Positions 19,017 to 28,866 of a DNA stretch of 64,000 bases are shown here, in pieces (the first letter of the stretch is position 1; every line of letters begins with the position of its first letter). The notes beneath the pieces are model-generated. The model was given only the letters and a program-made list of their open reading frames with translations. It had not been told where the DNA came from and did not search any database. Source of the DNA: Myxococcota bacterium. GTDB taxonomy: Bacteria; Myxococcota_A; UBA796; SXON01. Position numbers and translations under genes: made by a program. Where the stretch lies: the NCBI GenBank assembly GCA_040386535.1, contig JAZKFH010000015.1:284800-348799 (forward strand), written 5' to 3'.

Positions 19017-21191
19017 TCACACGTTCCCGGCCACCGCGACCTTCGACGGGAGCAGGTGGAAATATCCCGGGCGCCGGGTCGTGTTGCGCTCGAGGATCTC
19101 CACCTCGATCGCGCTCATCCTCTGCCGCAGCGCCGCCACCAGCGACCACGCCTTGGGGTCCGGGTACCAGGAGAGGTCCACCTGGGACCAGGTGTCCCCC
19201 TGGAGGGACGCGAGCAGGTGGAGCGCTCGCATCTGCGTGAGCGCCGTCTCCGACGGAGGAAGGAGCTCCAACAGGGTGACGTCCTTCAGCCGCGCCGGAT
19301 CCGCGTAGATGGCGCACGGCTTCTCGGCGACCGAGCCCATCTGTTCGTATTGGGAGTAGTTGACCGCGCTGTGCAGCGGACCACACAGGAACAGCACCGT
19401 CGTGATCATCTCGCAGAGCGTGTCCAACGTATCGAGCGTCTCCGGCAACCCCCGAACGGCGCCCCCGTGGGGGCTCGGTGCGCGCAGCTCCTGGAACCAC
19501 GCCTGCACCTCGTGGTCCGCTACGACCGCGGCGTCTCCAGTGGCGGCGTCCTCCCCGTAGTACAACCCGAGGTACCCCTTCACGAAGGTGTCCAGGGCTT
19601 CCCAATGGAGCATCCCGTCGTCCCGGAACGGGTAGTCCGGGAGCGCGTTGGTGTCATCGAGCCCTTGTCTTTCCATGCGCCGTGGCAGATTCGCGTCCCA
19701 CAGCGTGGCTTGTTCGGCGGCGCGCTCCAGCAACCGGAACGTGCCATCTTTCAGGCCCACCGCCATCAGTTGGTCGAGGAGCCCGTCCTCGTTGGCCAGC
19801 CACTGCCGTCCCAGGAAGTTGTTCCAGAGCACGGACTCGAAGCTCGGCGCGAGCAACACCGAGATGGGGTGACGCACCGACAGCTGACGACGCGTGGTGA
19901 CGACCAGCGGTTCGAGCGCGAAGTGTACGCCGTACAGGTGGGTGAACAGCTCGTGATGGTGGAAGTCCGCACACTCGAAGCAGGCTTTGGCGTTGTTCCA
20001 CGCCTCCTCGTCCGACGGCGTGAAGATCTCGAAGACGGCGGGGTCCCGTCCCGCTTGCAACGCGATGGGGAGCAGGTTTCCCCCGTGCTCCGAGCGCGCC
20101 TGGAAGAACAGGCCGAAGGGAACGGGCAGGAAGCGCTGCCTCGGTTCGTCGGACAGCGTCCGCCCGAAGAAGTCCCGCTCCGGGCCCTTTGCGCGGAGGG
20201 GAATGCCGTCGAGCATGGCGAAGTCGACGACGTAGAGCTGGCCCGCCTCCGCGGCACCTGCCAGGGTCAGTCCGCGAACGTACGCGTCGGGCAGCCTGAG
20301 CTTGACCAACGCATCTTGCAGGTGCCGATCGGTGACAGGAAATCCGCTGGGGAGGTCCTCCGCCGTGCGGACGCGGCGAAGGAGCAGGGGATTGGCCCCG
20401 GCCAGGCGTGCACGGGCAAAATCGATGTCGTGGGTGACCCCTTTGAGGCCTGCCTCCGAAACCTTCAGCTCCGCGGAGAGGAGCGAGTAGTCCGCGCATT
20501 TGCGCAGCGGCACGGGCTTGGCGTCGACGTTCGTCACGAACTCGAGCGCGCTCCGGACGATGGCCGCGACGCCGCGGAGCCGCGCCGGAAGAGGGTTGTG
20601 CCGGCCTGCGTTCAGTTCGCGCGGCTGGGCAGGCGTGCGGCGTCCGAGGAAACTCGAAACTTGGGAAACGATGCTGTCGGAGGCATTGATCGTATCGGTG
20701 ATCGTCTCGAAGAGGTGCTCGACCGCCTCGACCAGGGTTTGCTTCAGATCCTCGGGCCGCGGCAGGAAGGCGGCCCTATCTTCTCGTGCCTCCCCCAACT
20801 CGCCGAGCTTCCTCCAGGTGACGACCAGGTGGGGAGCCTCCAAGGCGGCCGCCGCCCCCATGGCAATGAACGCCTGGTTCCATTCGCACTTCGGAATCTG
20901 CTCCAGGACGTCGTACAGGACGTCGGAGGCGTGTTCGACCTTCTTGAGGGCCCAGTCTATGTCCGGGTGCTCTTCCTCCGGCAGGCCGACGTACGACCCG
21001 TGCAGCACGTCGTAGATGTCGAGGAGGCCGGTCTGCTCGATGCCTTGGATCGCCAGCATGGGAAGGGATCCGACGACGCTGTAGTCCCAACTGTAGAGCG
21101 CGCGGCGCTTGACGACGTTTTCGGCGCGGTTGAAGAGGAGATCGTGCTGCGGAAGGAAAACAGGGATGCTCGCAGGGGGGGGCGTTTTCAT
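19017..21191 (-). CDS. Lipoxygenase
   Basis: FARARLAGANP, WNNAK..ADFHHHELFTHLYGVHF, LSVRHPI, YPFRDDG, HSAVNYSQ; C-terminus AGNV; start at MKTPP (21191) inferred. Confidence 0.93.
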   Translation of the reverse strand: MKTPPPASIPVFLPQHDLLFNRAENVVKRRALYSWDYSVVGSLPMLAIQGIEQTGLLDIYDVLHGSYVGLPEEEHPDIDWALKKVEHASDVLYDVLEQIPKCEWNQAFIAMGAAAALEAPHLVVTWRKLGELGEAREDRAAFLPRPEDLKQTLVEAVEHLFETITDTINASDSIVSQVSSFLGRRTPAQPRELNAGRHNPLPARLRGVAAIVRSALEFVTNVDAKPVPLRKCADYSLLSAELKVSEAGLKGVTHDIDFARARLAGANPLLLRRVRTAEDLPSGFPVTDRHLQDALVKLRLPDAYVRGLTLAGAAEAGQLYVVDFAMLDGIPLRAKGPERDFFGRTLSDEPRQRFLPVPFGLFFQARSEHGGNLLPIALQAGRDPAVFEIFTPSDEEAWNNAKACFECADFHHHELFTHLYGVHFALEPLVVTTRRQLSVRHPISVLLAPSFESVLWNNFLGRQWLANEDGLLDQLMAVGLKDGTFRLLERAAEQATLWDANLPRRMERQGLDDTNALPDYPFRDDGMLHWEALDTFVKGYLGLYYGEDAATGDAAVVADHEVQAWFQELRAPSPHGGAVRGLPETLDTLDTLCEMITTVLFLCGPLHSAVNYSQYEQMGSVAEKPCAIYADPARLKDVTLLELLPPSETALTQMRALHLLASLQGDTWSQVDLSWYPDPKAWSLVAALRQRMSAIEVEILERNTTRRPGYFHLLPSKVAVAGNV

Positions 21192-21410
21192 CGAACCTCT
21201 TATGGCGCGCGGGTGCGCACGCTTTGTGTGGCGTTCGTGTACACCATTCGGTCGAGCTCGCGCCAGCCTCCCGGCATTGCAACCGCTTGCAGTACCCGCC
21301 TGGCCCAGCCGCCGTCGTCCCCCCCAAGCGACCGACGCTCCGCTATTTTCCGACCAACGGGTTAACAACTCGGCATCGCACGCCTCGAACACATCGATAC
21401 CGGCCGCCTC

Positions 21411-22286
21411 GTGACCCTGCGCGCGCGCCACCTCGTCGGTCGCTCGCCCGAGGCCGACCTGCGCGTCGACGCGCCCCGGGTGTCGACCCGGCACGCCGAG
21501 CTCTTCTACCACGAATCAGCTTGGTTCCTACGTGATCTCGGAAGTCGGAACGGCACCACGGTGGACGGCGTCCCGGTGCTCCCCGGGGTCGACGTGGCGC
21601 TGAGCGTCGGGAGCCGCGTCGAGCTCGCCGGGCCGGGCTGCGCGTGGCGGCTCGCCTCGGTGGCTCCGCCACACGCCGCGGCCGTTCCGCTCGACGGGGG
21701 CGCGGCCGTGGAGGCGGAGGACGGCGTGATCAGCCTGCCGGACGGCGAGGGCTCGGTGCTCGTCTACGACGATTCGAGCGGGTGGTGCTGCCGCCGCGAG
21801 GAGGACGAGATCCCCGCGCGGGACGGGGAGGTCGTCGAGGCGGGAGGGCGGCACTGGCGGCTGTCACTGCCGAGCGCGGTCATCGCGACGCTCCACTCGC
21901 GCGACTCGCGACCGGAGACCGCGCTGACCCTGCGCTTCGTGGTGAGCCGCGACGAGGAGCACGTCGAGCTCACGGTCTTCTGGGGGGGCCAGTCCTTCAC
22001 CCCGCGCGCCCGGGCGCATGCCTACACGCTCCTGACGCTCGCCCGCCGCCGCCTCGCCGACGAGCAGGCGGGGGAGCTCCCACCCGCGGAGCGTGGCTGG
22101 TTCTACACGGACGAGCTCTGCCATCTCCTGCGGGTCGATCCGAACCTGGTCCACACGCACCTGTTCCGCGCGCGGCGGCAGCTCCTGGAGGGGGGCGTGC
22201 CCGACGCCGAGGCGCTCATCGAGCGGCGACCGGACGCGCGGCAGATGCGAATCGGCATCGCGATGATCGAAGTGATCGCGGGGTAG
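21411..22286 (+). CDS. FHA-domain protein with C-terminal winged-helix-like domain
   Basis: VGRS..VSTRHA..RDLGSRNGT; shares LRFVVSxDEEHVEL and RAH..LARRRL blocks with 14345..15277. Confidence 0.9.
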   Translation: MTLRARHLVGRSPEADLRVDAPRVSTRHAELFYHESAWFLRDLGSRNGTTVDGVPVLPGVDVALSVGSRVELAGPGCAWRLASVAPPHAAAVPLDGGAAVEAEDGVISLPDGEGSVLVYDDSSGWCCRREEDEIPARDGEVVEAGGRHWRLSLPSAVIATLHSRDSRPETALTLRFVVSRDEEHVELTVFWGGQSFTPRARAHAYTLLTLARRRLADEQAGELPPAERGWFYTDELCHLLRVDPNLVHTHLFRARRQLLEGGVPDAEALIERRPDARQMRIGIAMIEVIAG

Positions 22287-22293
22287 GGGGCGG

Positions 22294-24405
22294 TCAGGTC
22301 AGGGAGCGGGCGAGGCGGAAGCCGAGGTCGAGCCTGGACCGGGCGGTGTTCGGTTGCTCGCGGGACGCGACATGGGGATCGCGGCCGCTGAAGGCGGCAC
22401 CGCGGCAGATGCCGAACACGGCCGAAGCGTGGTCGGGCGTGGGGTCGACCACGGCGACGCGGTGGTCGGGCAGCTCCGGGCCGAGGAGCTCGAAGGGGTC
22501 CGCGACCCAATCGGCGGCGTTCCCCGACACGCCGCGCACCCCGTACGGGCTCTCGTCGAGCGGGAAGCTGTCGACGGACGCCGGCGCTGCGGCCCGGCCA
22601 TCCATCTCGAGGTTCGCCCAGCGCGTCGTCCGGCGCCGCCCCCATGGGAACGCGCGCCCGTCCACGCCGCGCGCGGCCTTCTCCCACTCCAGGTCCATCG
22701 GGAGGCGCCACCGCAGCCCGTCCTCCGCGCGTCGCGCGTTGGCGTACGCAGACGCGGTGGCGAACGAGACGTGGAGCGCCGGCCGGTCGGCCTCTGCCGG
22801 CGGGAGCGCGGGGCGGAAGCGCCCGTCCGTTCCGCGCGGATAGACGTGGGGGCCGGCGCCGACCAGCCCGGCTGACCGCGGGGAGTGAGCGAGGGCCCGG
22901 CCCTCCTCGCCGGCGTCGAGGAGGGCGTCGAGCCACTCCGCCAGCTCGCCGGCCGTCACCGGGAAGCGGCGGATCACGAAGCCGTCGCACCACAGGGGGC
23001 GGGGCCACACCCCCGCGTTGCTCTCTCTCGCGCCGGCCGCGAACCAGCCCGCCGGGACGTAGCGATCGTCCGGGCCCAGCGCGTCGGTGTGCAGCAGTCG
23101 GATGGGGAGCGGGGCGGTGCCGCCGGGCGGAACGCCGTCCCAGTGCTGCTGCCGCTCGATGAGCACGGGGTACAGGGCGGGCACGCGGCCCTGCGTCTCG
23201 ATGCGGAGGCGGTAGCTGCCGGGCGCGAGCTCGACGGCATGGAGCGGCGTGTGGCCGAGGGTGCCGGCATCGCGGAGCACGAGGCGATGGTCGACCTCCT
23301 CGTAGCGTTCCACCCTGACGAGGGCGCCCGGCGGATCGGTGACGAGGGTGAGCGCGCCCGTGCCGCGGAGGAAACGATCGCCGTGCGCGCGGAGCGGGTG
23401 CGAGGGCGCGAGCCGGTGGACGTGCTCGCGGAGGGCCAGCTCGGCGCGCGCCTCCGCCGCGGGGGCGCCCGCTCGGTGCGCTTCGGCGGCCAGAACGCTC
23501 CAGATGCGGGCCATGGTGGCGTGGGCCTCCGGCAGGGTGGGGTCCTGCTCGAGGGCGGCGTGGAGGGCGCGCTGCCCCGCCGCGACGCGGTCCCGGCTCG
23601 TCCGGCGGAGCGCCTCCGCCGCGTCCTCGAGGGCCCATGCCGGGAGCCGGGTCTCCTCGGGCTCCCAGGTCCGCACGGCGGCCACGGCGACGCGGCCGAC
23701 GCGGGCGGCGTGGGCGTGGGCGTGGGCGGCGGCGGCGGCCTCGGCGAACACGGCATCGGCCCGCGCCACCCACCCGAGCGCGCGCGCGCGGCGGTCGGCG
23801 CCATCCAGCCAGGCTCGGAGGCGCGCGGCGATCGCGCTCGCCGTCGTGAGCGTTCGGCGCACATCGGCGTCGCCGAGCGCGGTGGGAACGAGCCACGCGT
23901 CGACCAGCGACAGCATGGCCGCTACGTCGCGCCCGCCCACCGGGCCGTCGGCGGGTGCCGCCGCCGTGGCCGACCAACCCACCACCCACACCTGCCCGCC
24001 CTCGCCGAGGACCAGCGCCTCCTCGCCGAAGCGCCCGTGGGGCACGCCCCGGGCGTGGGCGTGCGCGAGCGCCTCCGCGGCGCGGATCAGGGCGTCGGCG
24101 CGGGGCCGCTCCTCGCGCGTCGGGGCGGCCTCGGCCCAGCGCGCCCCCGTCACCGCGGCGCGGATCCGCGCGATCCGCCCGTCGGGGAGCACGCCCACCT
24201 CGTGGAGCGGCGGGATCGCCGGGTGCTGGAGCCGCGCCAGCGTGCGCGTCTCGGCGAGCCAGGCCGAGAGGTCCGCGCCCGCGACCTCAACGTCGACGCG
24301 CCCGCCGACGGTGGCGCGCTCACACTGCCAGCGCTCCGCGCGCGGAGGCGCGTCCACCAGTGCGAGCGGCGCCAGGAGCGCGTGCCAGCCGGCGTCGCGG
24401 GTCAT
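22294..24405 (-). CDS. Pseudokinase - helical linker - FGE/SUMF1-fold domain protein
   Basis: Kinase remnant LARLQHPAIPPLHEVG but HRDLK replaced by HGRFG and DWG by VGW; FGE-fold RFPVT, RLPMDLEWEKAARG..FPWG, GNAADW, GFRLAR; ATGA overlap with upstream paralog. Confidence 0.85.
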   Translation of the reverse strand: MTRDAGWHALLAPLALVDAPPRAERWQCERATVGGRVDVEVAGADLSAWLAETRTLARLQHPAIPPLHEVGVLPDGRIARIRAAVTGARWAEAAPTREERPRADALIRAAEALAHAHARGVPHGRFGEEALVLGEGGQVWVVGWSATAAAPADGPVGGRDVAAMLSLVDAWLVPTALGDADVRRTLTTASAIAARLRAWLDGADRRARALGWVARADAVFAEAAAAAHAHAHAARVGRVAVAAVRTWEPEETRLPAWALEDAAEALRRTSRDRVAAGQRALHAALEQDPTLPEAHATMARIWSVLAAEAHRAGAPAAEARAELALREHVHRLAPSHPLRAHGDRFLRGTGALTLVTDPPGALVRVERYEEVDHRLVLRDAGTLGHTPLHAVELAPGSYRLRIETQGRVPALYPVLIERQQHWDGVPPGGTAPLPIRLLHTDALGPDDRYVPAGWFAAGARESNAGVWPRPLWCDGFVIRRFPVTAGELAEWLDALLDAGEEGRALAHSPRSAGLVGAGPHVYPRGTDGRFRPALPPAEADRPALHVSFATASAYANARRAEDGLRWRLPMDLEWEKAARGVDGRAFPWGRRRTTRWANLEMDGRAAAPASVDSFPLDESPYGVRGVSGNAADWVADPFELLGPELPDHRVAVVDPTPDHASAVFGICRGAAFSGRDPHVASREQPNTARSRLDLGFRLARSLT

Positions 24406-26813
24406 GCGATGCTCCGCGCAAGGCGGAAACCGTGCCAGACCGAGCGCGCCTCCGCCGACTCCGGGCGGTGTGCCCCGAAGAGCCGGGACGCCGTCGGCAC
24501 CCACGTCCCGGCCCCGCCGCGCATCGCGTAGGCGGGCCCGTCCGGGCCCCGATCTTCGACGAAGTCGACCGTGCCGCCCGTGAGCCCCCGCACCCCGAAC
24601 GGCGACACGTCCGTCGCGAACGTGTCCACCGGCAGGTACCCCGGGGGGGCCGGGTAGCTGCCCTTCACGAACGCCCAGGCCGGATCCATGTGGTCGCCCA
24701 TGGGGAAGTGGCGCCCGTCCGCGCCCCGCGCGGCGTGGGTCCACTCCGCGTAGGTCGGGAGCCGCCACGGGAGCCCCGTGCGCGTCGCGAGCCACGCTCC
24801 GAGGTCCGTCCCGTCGCGTGGGCGAACGAGCATGACCCCGCTGTCGGGGTCCCAGACATCCCCTGCGGGGTCGGGGCAGAGCACGAACCGATCCCCGTCG
24901 AGCGCGTAGCCGACGACCGGGCCGCCGTTGACCCTGCACGGGACGTGCGCCAGGGCCTCCTCGCGCCGACCGGTGGCCCAGAGGTCGTTCACGAACGCGA
25001 GGTACTCGCGGTTCGTCACCGGAAAGCGCCGCATCACGAAGGCCTCTGTCCAGCCCCGCAGCGCGGGCCACGCCGCCGCGGCGTCCGGACGCCGCTCCAC
25101 GAACCACCCGGCCGGCACGTAGCAGTCGTCGGGGCCGAGCTCCCCGATCCGCGGCAGGCGCAGCGTCCGTGGGGCGGCCTCGCCGGGGGCGACCCGCGCC
25201 CAGCGCTCGCCGCGACGCAGGTGCACTGGGAGCCGCACGTCCGCGCATCCCGGCGCCCGCACGGTGAGCATCCAGCTCCCCATCGGCAGCGCCACGTCGC
25301 GGAGCGGCGTCGCCCCCAGCGTGCCCGCGGGCACCTCCACCAACCGGCGATGGCGCTCCTCGAACCGCGCGGCCCACACCTCCGCACCGGGCGGATCCGT
25401 CGTGAGCGTGAGCGTGCCGCCCCCGTCGAGCCCGGTCTCGAGGCGGGCCCGCGCGGGCCCGGTCGGCGCGAGGGCGGCCACCTGCTCGCGCAGCTCCTCC
25501 GCGATGGCCCCCGCCGCGTCGGTGTCGTAGTGGTCCTCGGCGGCGCGGAGCGCGACCAGGAGCCGGTCCGCGAGCGCCTCGCGTGCCTCCGGGAGGTCCG
25601 GCGCCTCGGCCAGCGCGCCGCGGAGCGCGCGCACCACCTCCTCTTCCAGCAGGGTCGCCCGCACGTCGACGTCCACCGCTTCGTTGTCGGCCTCCCAGTG
25701 GGCGGCGTTCACCTTGTCAGTCGCGCCGAGCGGATGGACGGCGTCGCGGGCCATCCAGGCGCGCCGTGCCTGGTCGGCCACCGCGCGAGCGGCCTCCGCG
25801 TCCGGCACCCGCTCGGCCGCCGCTGCGAGGGAAGCGCGGGCGTTGGCCACCCTCTGCGCGCCCGCCAGCCAGGCCTCGACGGCCTCCTCGAACCCGGCGG
25901 CCGTGGGCCGGTCATCCGGCTTCCGCGCCATCGCCCGCTCGCACAGCTCCACGAGCGCGTCGGGGACAGCCTCCCCGGCCACGTCCCGCACGGACGGCGG
26001 CGGCCCCGCGAGCACCTGGCGCGGATCACGCCCCCGGTACGGCGGGCGCCCGGCCAGCAGCGTGTAGAGCAGCGCGCCCAGGGCGTACACGTCGCTGTGG
26101 GGACCGACCGCCGCCGGGTCCCCGGCGGCCTGCTCCGGCGCCATGTACGCGGGCGTCCCGGTGATCGCGCCGAAGCGGGTGTGATCCTCCGGCGCGTGCT
26201 CGGCGGGCATCGCCGCGCTGTCCGTCCCCCCGTGGACCCCCACCGCGCCCGCCCGCGCGATCCCCCAGTCCACCACGCGCACCTCGCCCTCCTCGCCGAG
26301 CATCACGTTGCCCGGCTTCAGATCGCGGTGCAGGACACCCATCGTGTGCGCGTAGGCCACGCAGGCGCAGACACGTCCGAGCACCGTGATCCGCCCCGTC
26401 AACGAGGCGCTCCCTTCATTCAGCACCTCGCCGAGCGACCGGCCGCGCACCTCGTCCATCGTGAAGAAGGGCCGCCCGTCGGGCAGCTCGCCGAGGTCGT
26501 GTACCGGCACGATGCCCGGATGGCGCAACGCGGCCAGGAGGCGCGCCTCTCGGAGGAAACGCGCGCGCGTGGTCGGATCCGATGCCAGCCGCGTCGCGAG
26601 CACCTTCATCGCCACGCGTCGGTCGAGGAGCTGGTCCTGGACGCGGTGGACGACGGCCATTCCGCCGGTGCCCAGCACGCCGAGATCGAGGTAGCGGGGG
26701 GTGAGGACCGGGAGGTCGGTCCGGGAGCTACGGTCAGGCGCCGAGGTGTGCGGCGCGTCCGCGACGGTGGCGTCGAGGGGCCCGCGCGTCGAGGCGGCGG
26801 TTCTGTTTGGCAC
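24402..26813 (-). CDS. Ser/Thr kinase - helical linker - FGE/SUMF1-fold domain protein
   Basis: GTGGMA, VAMK, HRDLKPGN, DWG, GTPAYMAPE; RFPVTNREY, RLPTYAEW, SPFGV, GFRLAR; GTG start inferred. Confidence 0.9.
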   Translation of the reverse strand: MPNRTAASTRGPLDATVADAPHTSAPDRSSRTDLPVLTPRYLDLGVLGTGGMAVVHRVQDQLLDRRVAMKVLATRLASDPTTRARFLREARLLAALRHPGIVPVHDLGELPDGRPFFTMDEVRGRSLGEVLNEGSASLTGRITVLGRVCACVAYAHTMGVLHRDLKPGNVMLGEEGEVRVVDWGIARAGAVGVHGGTDSAAMPAEHAPEDHTRFGAITGTPAYMAPEQAAGDPAAVGPHSDVYALGALLYTLLAGRPPYRGRDPRQVLAGPPPSVRDVAGEAVPDALVELCERAMARKPDDRPTAAGFEEAVEAWLAGAQRVANARASLAAAAERVPDAEAARAVADQARRAWMARDAVHPLGATDKVNAAHWEADNEAVDVDVRATLLEEEVVRALRGALAEAPDLPEAREALADRLLVALRAAEDHYDTDAAGAIAEELREQVAALAPTGPARARLETGLDGGGTLTLTTDPPGAEVWAARFEERHRRLVEVPAGTLGATPLRDVALPMGSWMLTVRAPGCADVRLPVHLRRGERWARVAPGEAAPRTLRLPRIGELGPDDCYVPAGWFVERRPDAAAAWPALRGWTEAFVMRRFPVTNREYLAFVNDLWATGRREEALAHVPCRVNGGPVVGYALDGDRFVLCPDPAGDVWDPDSGVMLVRPRDGTDLGAWLATRTGLPWRLPTYAEWTHAARGADGRHFPMGDHMDPAWAFVKGSYPAPPGYLPVDTFATDVSPFGVRGLTGGTVDFVEDRGPDGPAYAMRGGAGTWVPTASRLFGAHRPESAEARSVWHGFRLARSIA

Positions 26814-27044
26814 GCAGGGGCCTCGGGAGTCTGGCCACGGCGGCCGGGCGCGAGAGCATGCTCCGCGCGGGGGCAAAGGTAAAGGCGGGGAAGTCTCCGG
26901 GGCGCGGGCGGTGCCGCCCTCCGCTCGGGGAGGGCGGCGCCGTGGCACCGCGCCCCACGTTGGTCGCCCGGACGGCCCGCCCCGCGTCGGTCGCCCGACC
27001 GCCCCCCGTCGCCCCTCCACGCCCGATCGGGTACGCTCGCCGCC

Positions 27045-28523
27045 ATGAAACAGCTCCGCGTCATCGTCGTGTTCGTGGTCCTCGCGAACATCGCGCTCGT
27101 GGCCTTCCTGCTTCTCCGCTCGCCCACCGGCGGCGAGGCGACCGGCCCCCGCTCCATTCGCGACGCGGTCAAGCCGCTGGTCTCCGACGCCGCGATGGAC
27201 GACAGCGCCTACGATCTGAAGGGCCGCGCGGGCGAGCTGAACGTCATCTTCATCAGCATGGACGCGTTGCGGTACGACCGCACCGGCTTCGGCGGCAATC
27301 CCGACGGGCTCACACCCAACCTCGACCAGTTCGCCGAGGAGGCGGTCGTCTTCTCCAACGCCACGAGCGTGGCCCCGTGGACCCTGCCGTCGCACATGTC
27401 CATCTGGACCGGGCGGTGGCCCTCGGTGCACGGCGTCACCAACAAGCTCAAGATGCTCTCGGCCGACCAGATGGTGCCGACCTCGCTCTCGCCCGGCATC
27501 GAGACCTTCCCCGACCACCTCATCCGCAACAAGTTCACCGCGGCGGGGTTCACCGGCGGGGCCGGCGTGCAGGCCAGCTACGGGTTCGGCCGCGACTTCA
27601 CCACCTACGTCGATGACAAGCCGTTCGCCGGGTACGAATACAGCGTCCCGCCGGCCCTCGATTGGCTCTCGAAGAACCTCGACAAGCAGTTCTTCCTGTT
27701 CCTCCACGGCTACGACTCGCACGGCCAGCACCCGCTGCTCGGCATCTCCCCGCGCGACGCGGTGCCCGACTACAAGGGCACGATGGACGGGTCGATCGAG
27801 GAGCAGGGCAAGCTCCGCGAGCAGGGCCTCGCCACGATCCAGGAGCCCGGCCAGACGCCCGATCTCTCCTCGGCGGTCAGCAAGGAGGACGTCGCCTTCC
27901 TCACCAAGGTGTACGACAAGAAGGTCAAGATGGCGGACGAGCGGCTCGGGTCGTTCCTCGCCCAGCTGCGCGTGATGGGGCTGCTCGACAAGTCGATCAT
28001 CGTCATCTTCGCCGACCACGGCGACGAGTTCCTCGAGCACGGCTACCTCGACCACGGCGCCACCCTCTGCGAGCACCAGCTCCACGTGCCCGTGCTGATG
28101 CGGTTCCCCGGCTACGCCCGCCGCAACGACGTGTCCGCGCCGGTCCGCACCATCGACCTGTTCCCCACCGTGTTCGACGCCCTCGGCATCCCCGGGCCCG
28201 CCGGCGTGGACGGCCGGTCCATCCTCCCGATCCTGCGCGGCAAGCCCGACGACCGCGCCATCTTCGCCGAGACCGACTACCGCCTCTTCGTCCACCAACG
28301 CATGAAGCGGATGGGGGACAAGAAGCTCGTCCTCGATCTGGAAGACGGCGGCAAGCAGCTCTTCGACGTGTCCGCCGATCCCGACGAGCAGAGCGACATC
28401 AGCTCGTCCAGCGCCCGGGAAACCTACGAGATGGAGCAGGCGCTCCGCACGTGGATGGACGCGACGCGGACCAACCCGCAGGACTACCTCGGGGTGCGGC
28501 AGAAGCCGATCGAGATCTTCTGA
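27045..28523 (+). CDS. Membrane-anchored sulfatase-fold (alkaline phosphatase superfamily) protein
   Basis: SMDALR, TPNLD, APWTLPSHMSIWTG, ADHGDEF, HVPVLM. Confidence 0.92.
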   Translation: MKQLRVIVVFVVLANIALVAFLLLRSPTGGEATGPRSIRDAVKPLVSDAAMDDSAYDLKGRAGELNVIFISMDALRYDRTGFGGNPDGLTPNLDQFAEEAVVFSNATSVAPWTLPSHMSIWTGRWPSVHGVTNKLKMLSADQMVPTSLSPGIETFPDHLIRNKFTAAGFTGGAGVQASYGFGRDFTTYVDDKPFAGYEYSVPPALDWLSKNLDKQFFLFLHGYDSHGQHPLLGISPRDAVPDYKGTMDGSIEEQGKLREQGLATIQEPGQTPDLSSAVSKEDVAFLTKVYDKKVKMADERLGSFLAQLRVMGLLDKSIIVIFADHGDEFLEHGYLDHGATLCEHQLHVPVLMRFPGYARRNDVSAPVRTIDLFPTVFDALGIPGPAGVDGRSILPILRGKPDDRAIFAETDYRLFVHQRMKRMGDKKLVLDLEDGGKQLFDVSADPDEQSDISSSSARETYEMEQALRTWMDATRTNPQDYLGVRQKPIEIF

Positions 28524-28556
28524 GCGTAGGGTAGAGCTTCGATCACCGGAGCCCCG

Positions 28557-28772
28557 ATGCCCTTCCGCCTCCTCGCCCTCCTCCCGCTCCTCCTCCTCGC
28601 GGCCTGCCCCGAGGCCCCCGAGGGGGACCCCGCGTTCTGCACGGACCTGATGGAGACCTCGTCCGGATGCATGGACGAGGGCAACCTCGCCGAGTGCGAG
28701 GACGCCAACGAGGAGTGCCCGGGGGAGGTGCTCGTCCTGGAGAGCTGTCCGCTCCAGTTCGCCTGTTCGTGA
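28557..28772 (+). CDS. Small Cys-rich acidic lipoprotein (71 aa)
   Basis: GGAG RBS, lipobox LLLAAC, six further Cys. Confidence 0.7.
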   Translation: MPFRLLALLPLLLLAACPEAPEGDPAFCTDLMETSSGCMDEGNLAECEDANEECPGEVLVLESCPLQFACS

Positions 28773-28794
28773 CCCTCACCAAGTCCACCAACTG

Positions 28795-28824
28795 TTGACG
28801 CCCCGCGCGGTTCTCCGGTAGTGT
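28795..28824 (+). promoter_or_regulatory. Possible sigma70-type promoter for the radical SAM gene
   Basis: TTGACG-18 bp-TAGTGT ending 43 bp upstream of the ATG at 28867. Confidence 0.4.
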
Positions 28825-28866
28825 GGCCGCGTTGCATCGTCCCCGCGGTGCGTCCGGAGCCCTTCG

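Noticed and set aside
19017..21191. Manganese lipoxygenase
   Set aside because: C-terminal Val is suggestive, but the His spacing is the Fe-type H-x4-H
22294..26813. Diversity-generating retroelement targets (FGE/CLec fold)
   Set aside because: No reverse transcriptase and no template repeat differing only at adenines was seen in the window
22294..28523. FGE domains acting as maturases for the neighbouring sulfatase
   Set aside because: The FGE-fold domains lack the catalytic Cys pair and the sulfatase-fold proteins lack the CxPxR substrate motif
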